This document shows positions 50,984-64,000 of a stretch of 64,000 nt of DNA, one piece after another. Both the position numbers and the translations under genes were made by a program. The DNA comes from Octopus sinensis. Taxonomy: Eukaryota. The first letter of the stretch is position 1. Every line of letters starts with the position of its first letter. Under the pieces are notes generated by a model. It was not told where the DNA came from. It saw nothing but the letters and a program-made list of their open reading frames with translations, and made no database searches. The stretch lies in the NCBI RefSeq assembly GCF_006345805.1, contig NC_043022.1, forward strand, positions 18,538,001 to 18,602,000, given 5' to 3'.

Positions 50984-51555
50984 GGATGGATGGATGGATA
51001 GATGGATGGATGAATGGATGGATAGATAGATGCAATTTATCTATCTACTCGTCTAAATCTCTCTCTCACACACACACCCATCTCATTAACCTATATATGT
51101 TTATATATATATATACGTTATCTGTCTATCAAAGTGAATCGATTAACTACACTGTGTATGTCTGTTTATACATACAGCTATATCGCACGCATATACATAT
51201 ACACGCGCGCGCGCGCGCGCGCGAGCTATCCAGCTTCTCGCTCGCATATCTTGTTTATCTCTTTCTTTCACCCCTTGCCTGTCTCTGTCTCACATACACC
51301 TCTTTCTCTCTGTTCTCTCTCTCTCTCTCTCCCCCTTCCCCTCTCTCTATCTCTCATCCCCCCCCACTCTCTCTCTCTCTCTCTGATCTCTTTCACACAT
51401 ACGTTTTCTATATGCCTCTCTTTCACTGACACATCCTTTCTATGTCTCTCCCTATCTCTCTACCCCTCTCTCCCCCCTCTCTCTCATACACCCTTTATAT
51501 ATTTCTGCCGCCCCCTCATATAGAAACGCATTCTCTATATAACTTTTCAGCACTT

Positions 51556-51587
<32 letters not shown>

Positions 51588-51958
51588 CCTTTCCATCTCT
51601 CTATTGATCTTTTCTAACTCTCACTCTCTCGCAAAAGTTCTGTACATCTCTTCTCCCTGACCTCCCCACGCTATTTCTCCCCACTCTCCATATATCTTCA
51701 CATATTTGTGTGTATACCTATACATCATAGGTGAATATTTTGCCCTTCATGCTAGCGAGGTCGATGATGAAATAGGTGCTCTAGCTGTAATTAATTGTAT
51801 ATTGTATATAGAAGGTGGTGCTATAGTATGACCGTACTCCAGCCACTAAAACCAGTAAATGAATATAAATATCTATCTATTTATATCCCTATCTCCCCCT
51901 CTGTCTGTCTGTCTGTCTCTCTCTCTCCTCTCTCTCTCTCTCGATATATATATATATA

Positions 51959-52161
51959 TGACCTCGTGAGCACCGCCAGCAATTTATTTTTCCTCTGTCT
52001 TCCCTTCTCGGGATCTTTCCTTCTCCTTTGTTTCCGACGAAGAGCTCCGCTCGAAACGTTAAACCCTCCTTCTTCCCTTCTTTCCTGAGCGTCCAATAAT
52101 ACTTTATTTGTTCCACGTCCTCGCGTTGCTGTGTTTTTTTTTTTTGTTTTCTTGTTTGGGT

Positions 52162-52166
<5 letters not shown>
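51959..52166 (+). mobile_element. Penelope-like short element family B, best copy (motif 52030-52064)
   Basis: GTTT CCGACGA A GAGC TCC GCTC GAAA CG TT AAAC, flanked by (TA)n. Confidence 0.72.
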
Positions 52167-52200
<34 letters not shown>

Positions 52201-52205
52201 TGGTC

Positions 52206-52330
52206 GAGTCAGCCTCTTGCTACACTGAGTTTCACCTGTAGGCACATTGGATCTTTAAGTAAGTTGTGACAACTTGCCTGAAGATCTTATGTGCCTACAT
52301 CTGAAGCTCAGTGTAGCATGAAGCTGTCTC
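52206..52330. ncRNA. 125-bp fold-back = two head-to-head decayed hammerhead-like motifs
   Basis: 61-nt arms, 50/61 identical, 3-nt loop. Arm consensus CTTGC CTGAAGA T..TGT GCCT ACA..T GAAA C TCAGT G TA GCAAG. Confidence 0.65.
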
Positions 52331-52789
52331 AACGAAAATAAAATATCATTTATCTCTACCATCGTTTTGAGTACTTATTTTTCCAACAGTTAATACTAAA
52401 TGTGTTTGTGTGTTTGTGTGTGTGTGTATATTTATGTATGATATGTGCTTAGGTGAGTCATAAGTAATTTCTCAGGATATTCAACAGTTAAGGACCCATG
52501 CAGTAAATTGTCTACGAAATGTTTTGTCCCAATATTTGAAAACATTGTGACTGCAAAAGCTACTTATTGCACACACATGCATGCGTGTATAAAATAAGCT
52601 AATGAGCATATCTGAAGGTATCCATTTGCACATCACGAAATATTACTTTAAAGGATATAACCAGTATACAAGCAGGGTATAAAATATACTTCATTAGTTA
52701 TCTCCTACTTCAGTTAAAAGTTATCAATTATGAAGGAACTACACGTGTTTCAGCATTGGAAGATTATAATATATATATATATATATATA

Positions 52790-53440
52790 ATACAAAATGG
52801 GACAAGAATGCAAAACATCCAAGTAGACGATACAAAGAAAACAAGGACGGGTCATTCGGAGTTTTCTTTCTTCAGTCAAGTTCCAGATTAAGTTTGCAAT
52901 TTCAGCTGGTTATACTCGAGATTACTCCAATCTGGCCAGCCCCAAGGAAAAAACTAAGCTAAGAGCATTAGATTTCTTGGAAGAAAGTAGCGAATGTATA
53001 CGAAAACAAGGACGGAAAAACGGAGAATGTTACACAAATAAAATATAAAATAATAATAACAGAACATAACAACAGGTGTCTTTCGACTAAGGACGAATTG
53101 AATTAAGCTGACGTGTGTGGAAATAAAAACTTACGGCAGGGATACAAGATCTCACAGGCAGAGAGGAATATCGATGTTGCACGGACGACGGCCGAACCAA
53201 GAAAGAAAATCAGGCTTGGCCGAACACCGGTCACGTGGAGAGGGAAGAGAGTGAGGTAGAGGCAGAGGGACAAAAGAATTAAGGAGGAGCGAGAAAAAAT
53301 GACAGGGACACAGTGAAGTGACAAGAGGGGGGAAAGTGAGCAAGAAGAGAAGGCAGAGAAATGTGAGAGAGGGGGAATGAAAGAACGAAGAAGATACAGA
53401 TGTAAATCTGATGATTACATATGTCTGATGCAATGAGCCC
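52790..53440 (-). mobile_element. Family C element, longer copy (Penelope-like, tentative)
   Basis: Shares CTCGAGT.TAACC.G..GAAA.TGCAA...CCGAATGACCCGTCCTTG with 30380-30560; the extent beyond 53100 is uncertain. Confidence 0.45.
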
Positions 53441-54138
53441 GCCGTGGTTGTTAGTGGGTACTTGACATGCTAACGAAACCCCAAAAGGCGGAAACGTGCT
53501 TCTGCCTTCCTGCCACCACTACTGGACGATTTTGTGTTAACACAGTACGTCCATGAGGGGTATTGTTTCCGGACGAATACCGCAGCAAATCTGGCTTTCC
53601 TTACTGTATTTCCTTTAAGTATGATGCCCCGGACGAATACCGCAGCAAATCTGGCTTTCCTTACTGTATTTCCTTTAAGTATGATGCCCAGTATGCTAAT
53701 TTAATCTAATACTGCTTCTGTCGCGCATTACAACATTTTATTCAGCCGCGTAGTGGAACTGAACCCAAATCTATAAGGTTGTGAAGCGAGCTTGTTTATC
53801 ACATAGCCATACCTCCGTCTATATCGAGAAAACAAATACAAAGAACTGTATGATTCTAATCTCACCGTCTTTGTCATTCTGCATTTCTGTCTATTTCCGT
53901 ATTTATGAAGAAAACAATTGGCTCAATAAAATATAATTGATTTATTGACTATTTATTGTTTTATTAATCTATTCTGATGATGTAAATATGTAGAAACAAA
54001 TTGTCTTTAGATATAAAGGACAAAGAGGAAATAATAAATGAAAAGAAACGGAATAGTTTTCACAAGCGGTCTTACATTACATGAGAAAAATAAGTCAACC
54101 AATAATACAACTTCTTACGTGGTGTGTGTGTGTGTGTG

Positions 54139-54171
<33 letters not shown>

Positions 54172-54632
54172 GTGTGAATAGACACATTGATTGATAGCTT
54201 CTTGTATATTTTTAAGACTGGAAATCAAAATGGAATCTAACGTAAATATCACTTTGTTGGCAAAATGTAAAAACTGTTGCTATTACTAATGTAATTTACT
54301 AAAGCCTCCGGTTCGACCAATTGCCTTGTATGTGAATTCGCTATACGGAAACAGTGTAAAAGACCGTCATAAACACCACACAACACACACACACACACAT
54401 GTATATGTGTATATGTGTGCGTGTCTTTGTGTTTCTAAACACTCCACTTGACGGTATTTGTATACATTCCTGCAACCTAGCGGCTCGGCTAAAGAAATAA
54501 GTGTCATTTTCTTCGACTAAACTCTTTTAAGGCGGTCTCACAACATGGCCGTAGTTCTATGACTGAAACAAGAAAAGGAACAAGAGAACTTGTGTGCGCG
54601 CGTGTGGTGTGTGTGTATGTATGTATTTATAT

Positions 54633-54664
<32 letters not shown>

Positions 54665-55073
54665 ATATATAGTATAAAATGCAATTATAATTACGGGACG
54701 TCATAATTTCTTTTAAATTCTATCCTTAATTATATTTGTGTATATATATATATATACATATATAATATATATAATATATATAATTATAGATTGTTTGTGT
54801 GTGTGTGTGTGTGTTGTGTGTGTGTGTGTGTGTGTGAGTATTCATGTGGGTTTGTTTGATGCCCCTCCATCGCTTGACAAATGATGTTAGTGTGTTTACG
54901 TCACTGTAACTTAGCAGTTAGGCAAAAGAGGCCGATAGAATAAGTACTAGGCTGACAAAGAATAAATCCTGGGGTCGATTTATTCGACTAAAACCCTTTA
55001 AGACTGTACCCCAGCATGACCGCGGTCAAATGACTTAAACAAGTAAAAGAATAAAAAGAACAGATGAATGAAA

Positions 55074-55123
<50 letters not shown>

Positions 55124-55456
55124 TCCTATATACCGTTATTGTTAAACACTTATGATATGCAAATTAGTATACCCAGTTTTCTGGACTTGTTCAGTACATA
55201 AAGAGTGATAGCTTATTTCTCTAGGATTGGACAAATTATGTAGTCACTTCTGATGAGACCCCCAGTAAGGTTCGAAAACCGATCGAGGTTGTTTATCATT
55301 ATTTCAATCTACAGAGGAATAGTTAAATTTGCCTCGTCTATATATGCATGTGTGTGTATGTAAATATGTGTGTACACGTACATTCATCTGCTCTTGATAG
55401 GCGATAAATAGGCGAATTAGAAGGAAACAGTGGACTTTATACCATTATGTGTATGA

Positions 55457-55846
55457 GTGGAGGCGCAATGGCCCAGTGGTTAGGGCAGAGGACTCGCGGT
55501 CGTAGGATCGCGGTTTCGATTCCCAGACCAGGCGTTGTGAGTGTTTATTGAGCGAAAACACCTAAAGCTCCAGGGCTCCGACAGGGATGGTGGTGATCCT
55601 GCTCCCTGCTGTACTCTTTCACCACACAACTTTCTCTCACTCTTCTTACTCCTGTTTCTGTTGTACCTGTATTTCAAAGGGCCGGCCTTGTCACTCTCTG
55701 TGTCACGCTGAATATCCCCAAGAACTACGTTAAGGGTACACGTGTCTGTGGAGTGCTCAGCCACTTACACGTTAATTTCACGAGCAGGCTGTTCCGTTGA
55801 TCGGATCAACCGGAACCGTCGTCGTCGTAACCGACGGAGTGCTTCC
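55457..55846 (+). mobile_element. SINE-A, full length, tail X
   Basis: Perfect 10-bp TSD ATGTGTATGA (55447-56 / 55847-56). Confidence 0.93.
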
Positions 55847-56206
55847 ATGTGTATGAACACGTTTGGAGTGCACAAAGTCGGTTCCATGCGCAGAAAGGAG
55901 CTATTTTCCTTTTAAGCTCCAAAGACTCAGAGCGGATATAGCACAACGTAGATATAATGCAGGATACACGTTCATTAAATCTTACACACCCAGGTTAAAT
56001 GGCAGAGAGATACTAATAAAGACGTTGTTCTTCAAAATATATGGGGTTATTGCCAATATATAAAAACTAAAGTGCGCAAATAGAGTAGTTTTTATTGGTA
56101 TTATTGACAGATGAAATAGATGAAGGAATATACTCAAAGCGTAAATCAGAATAGAATCCGGTGTGAATAGTTGATCTAACATATGTTTGCGCATATAGAT
56201 AGATAG

Positions 56207-56251
<45 letters not shown>

Positions 56252-57615
56252 CACACATATATTTATACAATTGCATACATGCCCCCCAACACACACACAA
56301 ATATGTTTGGTATATTTGTAATATGTGTATGTATATGTAAATATATATAAGTACATATATGTATGAATATATTTACTTACATTTTTGTGTGTGTGTGTTA
56401 AAAAAACTATGTTGTTGTTCCATTTCTGACAAACTGACAAATAGCTTATTGACTAAATGTTGTTGTTGTTGCTGTCATCATTACTGTCATCATATTTGTC
56501 TCGTAATTTTTTTTTTTTTGCAGATGTCTTTATGTATATTTTTTTTCCTCTTAGTAATTGTTTTTCTCTCCCCCCTCTTCACTACTACAGCTTCCTCTCT
56601 CCTCCTCCCACTCTCCAACTTTCATTTTCATTTTTGCTAATCTAATGTCTACAGTGAATTTTCTTACCGCTTTCACCTTCACAATCACGACCGCCGCAAC
56701 AACCACTATCACCATCACCACTACCATGACAACTACTATCACTACATCCATTCCTACTACCACTACCAGCACCACCACCGCAACAACAATTCATCCTTAC
56801 AATTCATTACTTACAACAACTACTACTACTACTAATACTACAACTTCAACTTCTACTATTAATATTACTACCACCACTACAACGACCACCACCTCTCTTA
56901 CTTCCCTCACTATAACAACTACTACCACAACCGCCATCACCACCATTACTAACTACAATAGCCATACTACCACCAACACATCACATGTTTAAGAGGCCGC
57001 TTAGGTACCGCCAATCTCATTTTATTACCACCATCGTAATAAAAACAGGAGCACAGCTGGTTCAATATCTGCCTTTTCCTATACACACATCAAGTAATAC
57101 GTTATATTTGATAAACTACATAAAATATATTGCCTGGACACGGACACACACACACACACACACACATGTATACATAGATGTGTGTGTTGTTTTAATAGCA
57201 GGTGTATATGTGCGGAAGTATTATGTGTGATATTATATGTGAGGTGCAGTTGTTGTTCTATTTATGTTTGTGTGTTTATATGCACATGTCCATTTGAATC
57301 ATAGCTCTAGCGATATGTGTGTGTGTGTGTGTGTGCATCTGTGTGTGTGTATATATATATCTATATATATATATACACACATGCATGTATATATATATAT
57401 ATATACACACACACATATATGTATATATATATATATGTGTGTTTGTGTATATATATATTATATATATATATATATATGCACACATATATGTATGTATATG
57501 CATACATGTATGTATATATATATACACACACACATATATGCATGTATATATATATATGTATATATATACATACATATATAAATCTATATATATATGCTTA
57601 TGTGTGTGTATATAC

Positions 57616-57646
<31 letters not shown>

Positions 57647-57888
57647 ACACGTCCATCAACACATGCAAATACACATTTGTATATATTTGTTTGTAGGCAT
57701 GAATGTATATTAAGTATGTATGAACGTATACACACACATATATATACGTATATGTATATATGTAATAATGCTGTTACCATGCCTTTATGTAAATATACGT
57801 ATGTACACATTATATATATATATATATATATATCATAATCTCTATATAATATATATATATATACACATGCATGGAGAGGGATAATAAA

Positions 57889-57988
57889 NNNNNNNNNNNN
57901 NNNNNNNNNNNNNNNNNNNNNNNNNNNNNNNNNNNNNNNNNNNNNNNNNNNNNNNNNNNNNNNNNNNNNNNNNNNNNNNNNNNNNNNN
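57889..57988. other. Assembly gap (100 N)
   Basis: Exactly 100 Ns, a typical placeholder of unknown size. Confidence 0.99.
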
Positions 57989-57989
57989 T

Positions 57990-58205
57990 GGCCGCCCTTC
58001 GGGGCAATTACTGCCTCCATACGAGAACGGAAATTTTTTTTTTTCATTTGCTGCAAACCTCCACCATTTTGTGTTGCACGGACGATGCAAATCTTCACAC
58101 TGTTGGTACACGAGTGTAGTGAAGCATTGGTCCTTACTTGAAGTATACCCCATAAAAACTAATCGAGAAGGTTTAAGACTGGGTTACTGCTGGGCCAGGT
58201 GTTGG
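57990..58205 (-). mobile_element. Decayed Tc1/mariner-superfamily transposase C-terminus
   Basis: TWPSSNPVLNLLD*FLWGILQVRTNASLH..NSVKICIVRA...FRSRMEAVIAPKGG (WPPSSPDLNPLDY..WG; FRSR.EAVI...GG). Confidence 0.75.
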
Positions 58206-58509
58206 CTCACAAAAAATCAGCGCCTTCTCACCACCAAAGAAGGCTTTTGGTGCTTTGCCTCAAGGCACGGTGCAGAAACGCTTGACAATTGATGTTGGTG
58301 TGTTACGGCGTCCCCGTAACTTAGCTTTTCGGGGAAGCTCAGACCGATAAATCAGCACTAGACATACACAAATAAGTCCTGGATCGATTTGTTTCGACTA
58401 AAAGCGGTGCCACAGCATGGCCGATCGTCAAATGGCTGAAAACAAGTAAAAGAATAAAAAAAGAAAAATAACATATATATAGGTATTATATATAAGAATA
58501 TAATAATAA

Positions 58510-58968
58510 TAATAATAATAAAGGGTAAAATTAATTAATCAATTAATACTTAATATTTTTACAAGTAGTTCGGTGTGTTAAAAGAACCATTATCGGTAAA
58601 CTTATACAAAAATTTTAATTAGAGCATATATTATAATTAGGGTTCAGTAGAATTTGCTTCACCACATACGGAAATTTAGAAATAGCACTTAAAATACTAC
58701 TACTATAATATCTCCCAGACAGGCAATACTCTACAATCCTAATTATTTGCTGAACCCTAATTATAATTATGCTCGACCTCGTGTGTACCGTTGGCGATTT
58801 TTTTTCCTCGATCTTCCCTTCTCTGGATCTTTCCTTCTCCTATGTTTCCGACGAGAGCTCCGCTCGAACGTTAAAACCCTCCTTTCTTTCCTGAGTGTCC
58901 AATAATACTATATTTGTTCCACGTCCTCGCGGCTGTCGTTGTGTTTTTTTGTGCTTACATGTTTGGAT

Positions 58969-58972
<4 letters not shown>
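58510..58972. mobile_element. Family B Penelope-like element with upstream inverted segment
   Basis: 34-bp inverted repeat (58622-55 / 58741-74) runs directly into the family B unit 58775-58972 (motif 58844-77). Confidence 0.6.
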
Positions 58973-59018
<46 letters not shown>

Positions 59019-59786
59019 ACTACTATATATATATATACAAATTGAGATAGCAGAATATCCAATATACTGTTAGTGAAGTACCCCACAAGTTAATACATAA
59101 ATGTTATGATTGCGATGCAATCAATTCATTTACTGTATTATATGGGCAAAGGTAAATATATACATTTTTAATGTATATGCATATTTATATATGTATATTA
59201 TATATATATATAAATTTTTTTATATATATATGTATATATGTATATATATATATACATCCAGATAGATTATATAATATATATATATATATATAATATATTA
59301 TATATATATAGGTGTATATATAAAAATATGTATGTTGTAATAATGTATATATATATATATAATAATATATATATATTATATATATATATATATATATATC
59401 TAATATATATATTTATATATTACAATTGAGATCGCAGTATATCCAATATACTGGTTTAGGGCATACCCACAAAGTTAATACATAAATGTTAATGATTTGC
59501 GATGCATCAATTCATTTACTGTATATATGGGCAAAGGTAAAAATATATCTTATTTATATGCATATTTATATATGTATATATATATATATATATATTATAT
59601 GTTTGTGTATATATATAACATCCTATATATATATATATAATATATATATTATATATAATATGATAATATATATATATATATATAGATAATATTAGATAGT
59701 TTGTGTGTATCAAATATGTATGTACTGTATAATATTTTTATAATATAAGATATAATCTATTATATTTATATATATTATATATATAT

Positions 59787-59833
<47 letters not shown>

Positions 59834-60199
59834 CCGTTTGTTCATCAAGTCGTGTGTATATTGATTCGTTGAAGATTCATTAAGTAAAAACCTTTCGTAC
59901 AAGATCAGGATTATAATCTGGTCGTAATTTGCTTTAAATCTGATAATACACAACAATCAGGGACTAAAGGTTAAGTGGCTTTCTTTCATCTTTTATTTGT
60001 TTCATTCATTGGATTGCGGCCAAGCTGGAGCACCGCTTTGAAGAGTCTTAGTGAACAAATCATCCTTATCTCGTACTTATTTTATCGGTTCCTTTTGGTG
60101 GGAGGAACTCATAAATATACACAAACGCACGCACATACACACACACACATACACGTGCATACGCACTCACAGGCTCGCTTATGTATATATTTATTTCTT

Positions 60200-60862
60200 C
60201 ATTGCCCACGGGTGGGGGCTAAACATAGAGAGGACAGACAAAGGGATTAAGTCGATTACATTGACCCCAATATGTATCTGGTACTTATTTAATCGACCCC
60301 GAGAGGATGAAAGGTAAAGTCGACCTCGGCGGAATTTGAACTGAACTCAGAATGTAACGGGCAGACGAAATACCTATTTCTTAACTACCCACAAGGGGCT
60401 AAACACAGAGGGGACAAACAAGGACAGACAAAGGGATTAAGTCGATTATATCGACCCCAGTGCGTAACTAGTACTTATTTAATCGACCCCGAAAGGATGA
60501 AAGGCAAAGTCGACCTCGGCGGAATTTGAACTCAGAACGTAGCGGCAGACGAAATACGGCTACGCATTTCGCCCGGCGTGCTAACGATTCTGCCAACTCG
60601 CCACTTTCACAGGCACACTTATATATATATTTCTTTACTGCCCACAAGGGGCTAAACATAGAAGGGACGAACAAGGACAGACAAAGGGATTAAGTCGATT
60701 ACATCGACCCCAGTGCGTAACTGGTACTTAATTTATCGACCCCGAAAGGATGAAAGGCAAAGTCGACCTCGGCGGATTTTGAACCCAGAACACTTAACGG
60801 CAGACGAAATACGGCTAAGCATTTCGCCCGGCGTGCTAACGATTCTGCCAACTCGCCACTTT
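60200..60862 (-). mobile_element. SINE-C cluster: dimer plus tandemly duplicated monomer
   Basis: Junction at ~60373; head + flank CCACTTTCACAGGCACACTTATATAT occurs twice (60601, ~60856). Confidence 0.85.
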
Positions 60863-60884
60863 CACAGGCACACTTATATATGGC

Positions 60885-61212
60885 CTTACGACGGACTTCC
60901 ATTCAGTTTCCGTAGGCCAAATTTACTCACATGACCTTTGTAGACCCGAGGGCTATAGCAGAATACACTTGCCCAAAGTGTTGTGCTACTTAGGCGCAGG
61001 AGTGGCTTATCAATCACATGGTTCCGGGTTCAGTCCCACTACGTGGTACCTTGGGCAAGTGTCTTCTACTATAGCCTCGGGCCGACCAAAGCCCTGTGAG
61101 TGGATTTGGTAGACGGAAACAGAAAGAAGCCCGTCGTATATGTGTATATCTGTGTGTGTGTCTGTGTTTGTCCCCCCACAACATCGCTTAACAACCGATG
61201 CTAGTGTGTTCT
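60885..61212. mobile_element. Head-to-head SINE-B fragments
   Basis: Minus-strand body 60885-60985 abutting a plus-strand copy 60992-61212. Confidence 0.75.
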
Positions 61213-61369
61213 TAACCCACTGGTTAAGAAAAATCAATAATTGGAAAGACTTTCGGATCGATTGTTCCGGAAAATCAGTGTCGTATCTGTACTAGGTTCT
61301 TTAAGGGGCCTTTTACCGCCCATAATTCCTCTAATTTAAATATTTGTTTGTTTATTATCTAATATAATA

Positions 61370-61733
61370 TAATGAAGTTATTTTATACAGTGCTCAGGTG
61401 CACCACAACTTGTCAAAAGTGCGTATTAAAGCATATGCAGTAATGTACAAATGTCTGGAAAGCGAACAGTGTATGAGTCAGATACATGCTTGTGTGTGTA
61501 TGGAGGGGAGAAAATCAGGTGTAGTGTTGGCGAATCTCAGAAAGCATGGAAGTTTTGAAGGATGCAGTGCTCCGACAACTAACAACTGATGCCGGCAGTT
61601 TGTTCCATGCTCCAGCAACTCTTAGAGTGAAAAAATGTTTCCTGAAGTCATGGGAGCTGTGCTGTTTTCTGACTTTGTAAACATGTCCACGGGTGTTAGA
61701 CGGGTGGAGTTTGAAAAGGTGCTCAGAGTTATT
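61370..61733 (-). mobile_element. CR1-clade LINE 3' end
   Basis: Open frame NNSEHLFKLHPSNTRGHVYKVRKQHSSHDFRKHFFTLRVAGAWNKLPASVVSCRSTASFKTSMLSEIRQHYT* (stop 61515-17), followed by a 3' UTR. Confidence 0.88.
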
Positions 61734-62289
61734 GTTTGTTATACTGGTTTTCCTTTCTCACTGTACGCATGGGGGGGGGGGGGGCTCTGTGTGTGTGTGT
61801 GTGTGTTTCTATTTTCAAAGCTACTTTTGGTTCGCTTTTGTGTGTGTGTGTTTTTTTTTATTCATATAATATATTGGTTTCAAATTTTAGCACAAGGCCA
61901 GCAAGTTTTGTGAGAGGAAAGTTGTTGTGGAAGTATTCCGACCATCCGCCAGTATAAAAGTGCCCAACCAGAACGTAAAGACGGACGAAATGCAGTTAAG
62001 CATTTTGCCCGGCGTGCTAACGATTCCGCCACCTCGCCGCCTTTTGTTTCTTCATAGATATATTTCTTTATTGCCCATAGGGAGCTAAACATAGAGGGAC
62101 AAACAAGGACAAACAAAGGGATTAAGTTGATTACATTTTTCTCGATCAAATTGTTTATAGAGAAGTTGTTTCCCTTGAAATTTTAAAAGTTACTTCCCTT
62201 GTTGATTCAAGGATTTTTTTTTTCTTCTTCATACTCGTTTTTTTTCTTATTTCTCAGCTTAAAATAAGTTACTGATTAAGTTATCTTCT

Positions 62290-62740
62290 CTTTCGTCTTT
62301 CATTTGTTTGTACTGCGGCCATCCGGGGCACTGCCTTCAAGGTGTGGGTCGAACAAATCAAACCCGATAGTGATTTCTTATTAGCAACTGGTATTTTTCT
62401 CTGTTCTCTTAGGCCGAAGCGTTATTTTACGTGGACGTAAACAAACCAACACTGATTGTCAAGCGATATGTGAAGACATACACAAAGATATACACACACA
62501 TACATACATAGATACATACATATACGTACATACACACAAACACACACACACACACACACCACACACACACATATACACACACCTACATACGAGAAGTTTC
62601 TTTCAGTCTCCATATACCAAAATCCAGTTACAAGCCCTGGGACTGTATTACAAGACATTTATCCAAGGTGCCATGCAGAGGAACTGAACCCAGAACCATG
62701 TGGTTTAGCAGCGGGCTTCTTACCCACACAACCACGCCTA
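62290..62740 (-). mobile_element. SINE-B, diverged full length
   Basis: Consensus match on the minus strand. Confidence 0.75.
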
Positions 62741-63061
62741 CGTCCATATATGTAATGCTTATCGAAATATAGTGTATGCTGCCATTACTGCTGTTGTGCA
62801 ACCTTACGTTAGCTCTGATCAAGCATTCCAGTCATGACCATCCCGATTTTTAGTGGTTCTATTTAATTTGTTCAGCTTTGCAGCCATGTGGTTTCAGTTT
62901 CCGGTTTGGTCCCAGAGCGTGGAACCTTGGACAAGTGTCTTGTACTAAAGTACCGAGCTGACTACCAATGCCTTGTGAGGGTATTTGGTAGATAGAAACT
63001 GTACGGAAGCCTGTAAACGTCATTCAATCAATTTATCCTTGGCCTGAAGAGTGTATACCGC

Positions 63062-63316
63062 AAGGCGGCGAGCAGGCAGAAACGTTAGCACGCCGGGCGA
63101 ATGCTTAGCTGTATTTCGTCTGCCGTTACGTTCCGAGTTCAAATTCCGCGGAGGTCGACTTTGCCTTTCATCCTTTCGGGCTCGATAAATTAAGTACCTG
63201 TTACGCACTGGGGTCGATGTAATCGACTTAATCCGTTTGTCCTTGTTTGTCCCCTCTCTGTTTAGCCCCTTGTGGGTAATAAAGAAATAGGTATTTCGTC
63301 TGCCGTTATGTTCTGA
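63062..63316 (+). mobile_element. SINE-C monomer plus start of second unit
   Basis: ...GTGGGTAATAAAGAAATA|GGTATTTCGTCTGCCGTTATGTTCTGAG. Confidence 0.9.
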
Positions 63317-63519
63317 GGGAAACTTCTTGGTAGTATTTACTCACCATTACATGTGTTTCATTTGTTAATAGGAATCCAAAGAATATCTTATGGGAAACGT
63401 GTTCATGCTTTCTACTACATGTACAATTTTGTAACTCCTATCTGCAAATAAAACACATGCAATAGTGAATCAATAATGCCAAAATATTTTCCAGTGTTTT
63501 CACCATTTATGCATACCTC

Positions 63520-63552
63520 CCTATCTATCTATCTATCTATCTATTTATCTAC

Positions 63553-63610
<58 letters not shown>

Positions 63611-63669
63611 GTCTATCTATCTATCTATCTATCTATCTACCTATCTATCTATCCAATCTATCTATCTAC

Positions 63670-63744
<75 letters not shown>

Positions 63745-63760
63745 CCTATCTATCTATCTG

Positions 63761-63816
<56 letters not shown>

Positions 63817-63906
63817 CCTATCTATCTATCTGTCTATCTATCTATCTATCTACCTATCTATCTATCTATCTACCTATCTATCTATCTGTCTATCTATCTA
63901 TCTATC

Positions 63907-63948
<42 letters not shown>

Positions 63949-64000
63949 CCTATCTATCTATCTGTCTATCTATCTATCTATCTATTTATCTATCTATCTA
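63520..64000. repeat. (CTAT)n microsatellite, about 480 bp to window end
   Basis: Direct reading. Confidence 0.98.

Noticed and set aside
53466-53500. CTAACGA..CC/GG..GAAA CG TG motif
   Set aside because: G5 and H17 are both violated and stem I is absent; too decayed to call.

Overview
AT-rich, microsatellite-saturated animal DNA, most likely intronic or intergenic sequence from an octopus-like cephalopod genome (inferred from SINE types and simple-repeat load, not from a database hit). I cannot support any host protein-coding gene. Almost all ORF-track entries are (TA)/(CA)/(TATG)/(GGT)/(GAT) microsatellite artefacts; the protein-like ones are decayed transposon fragments (Tx1/L1, RTE, CR1/L2 reverse transcriptases; Tc1/mariner transposases). 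The window is a mosaic of five tRNA-type SINE families (my labels A-E), non-autonomous Helitrons/Helentrons, hAT and Tigger-like MITEs, and a 100-N gap at 57889-57988. The most interesting signal is a dozen or so type I hammerhead-ribozyme-like motifs in short Penelope-like inserts, mostly beside (TA)n. These include two related families with family-fixed non-canonical cores (CUGU[U/C]GA and CCGACGA) and covarying stem I, and two independent head-to-head fold-back palindromes each made of two hammerheads (29309-29442, 52206-52330). All structures were folded by eye and none has been tested for cleavage.
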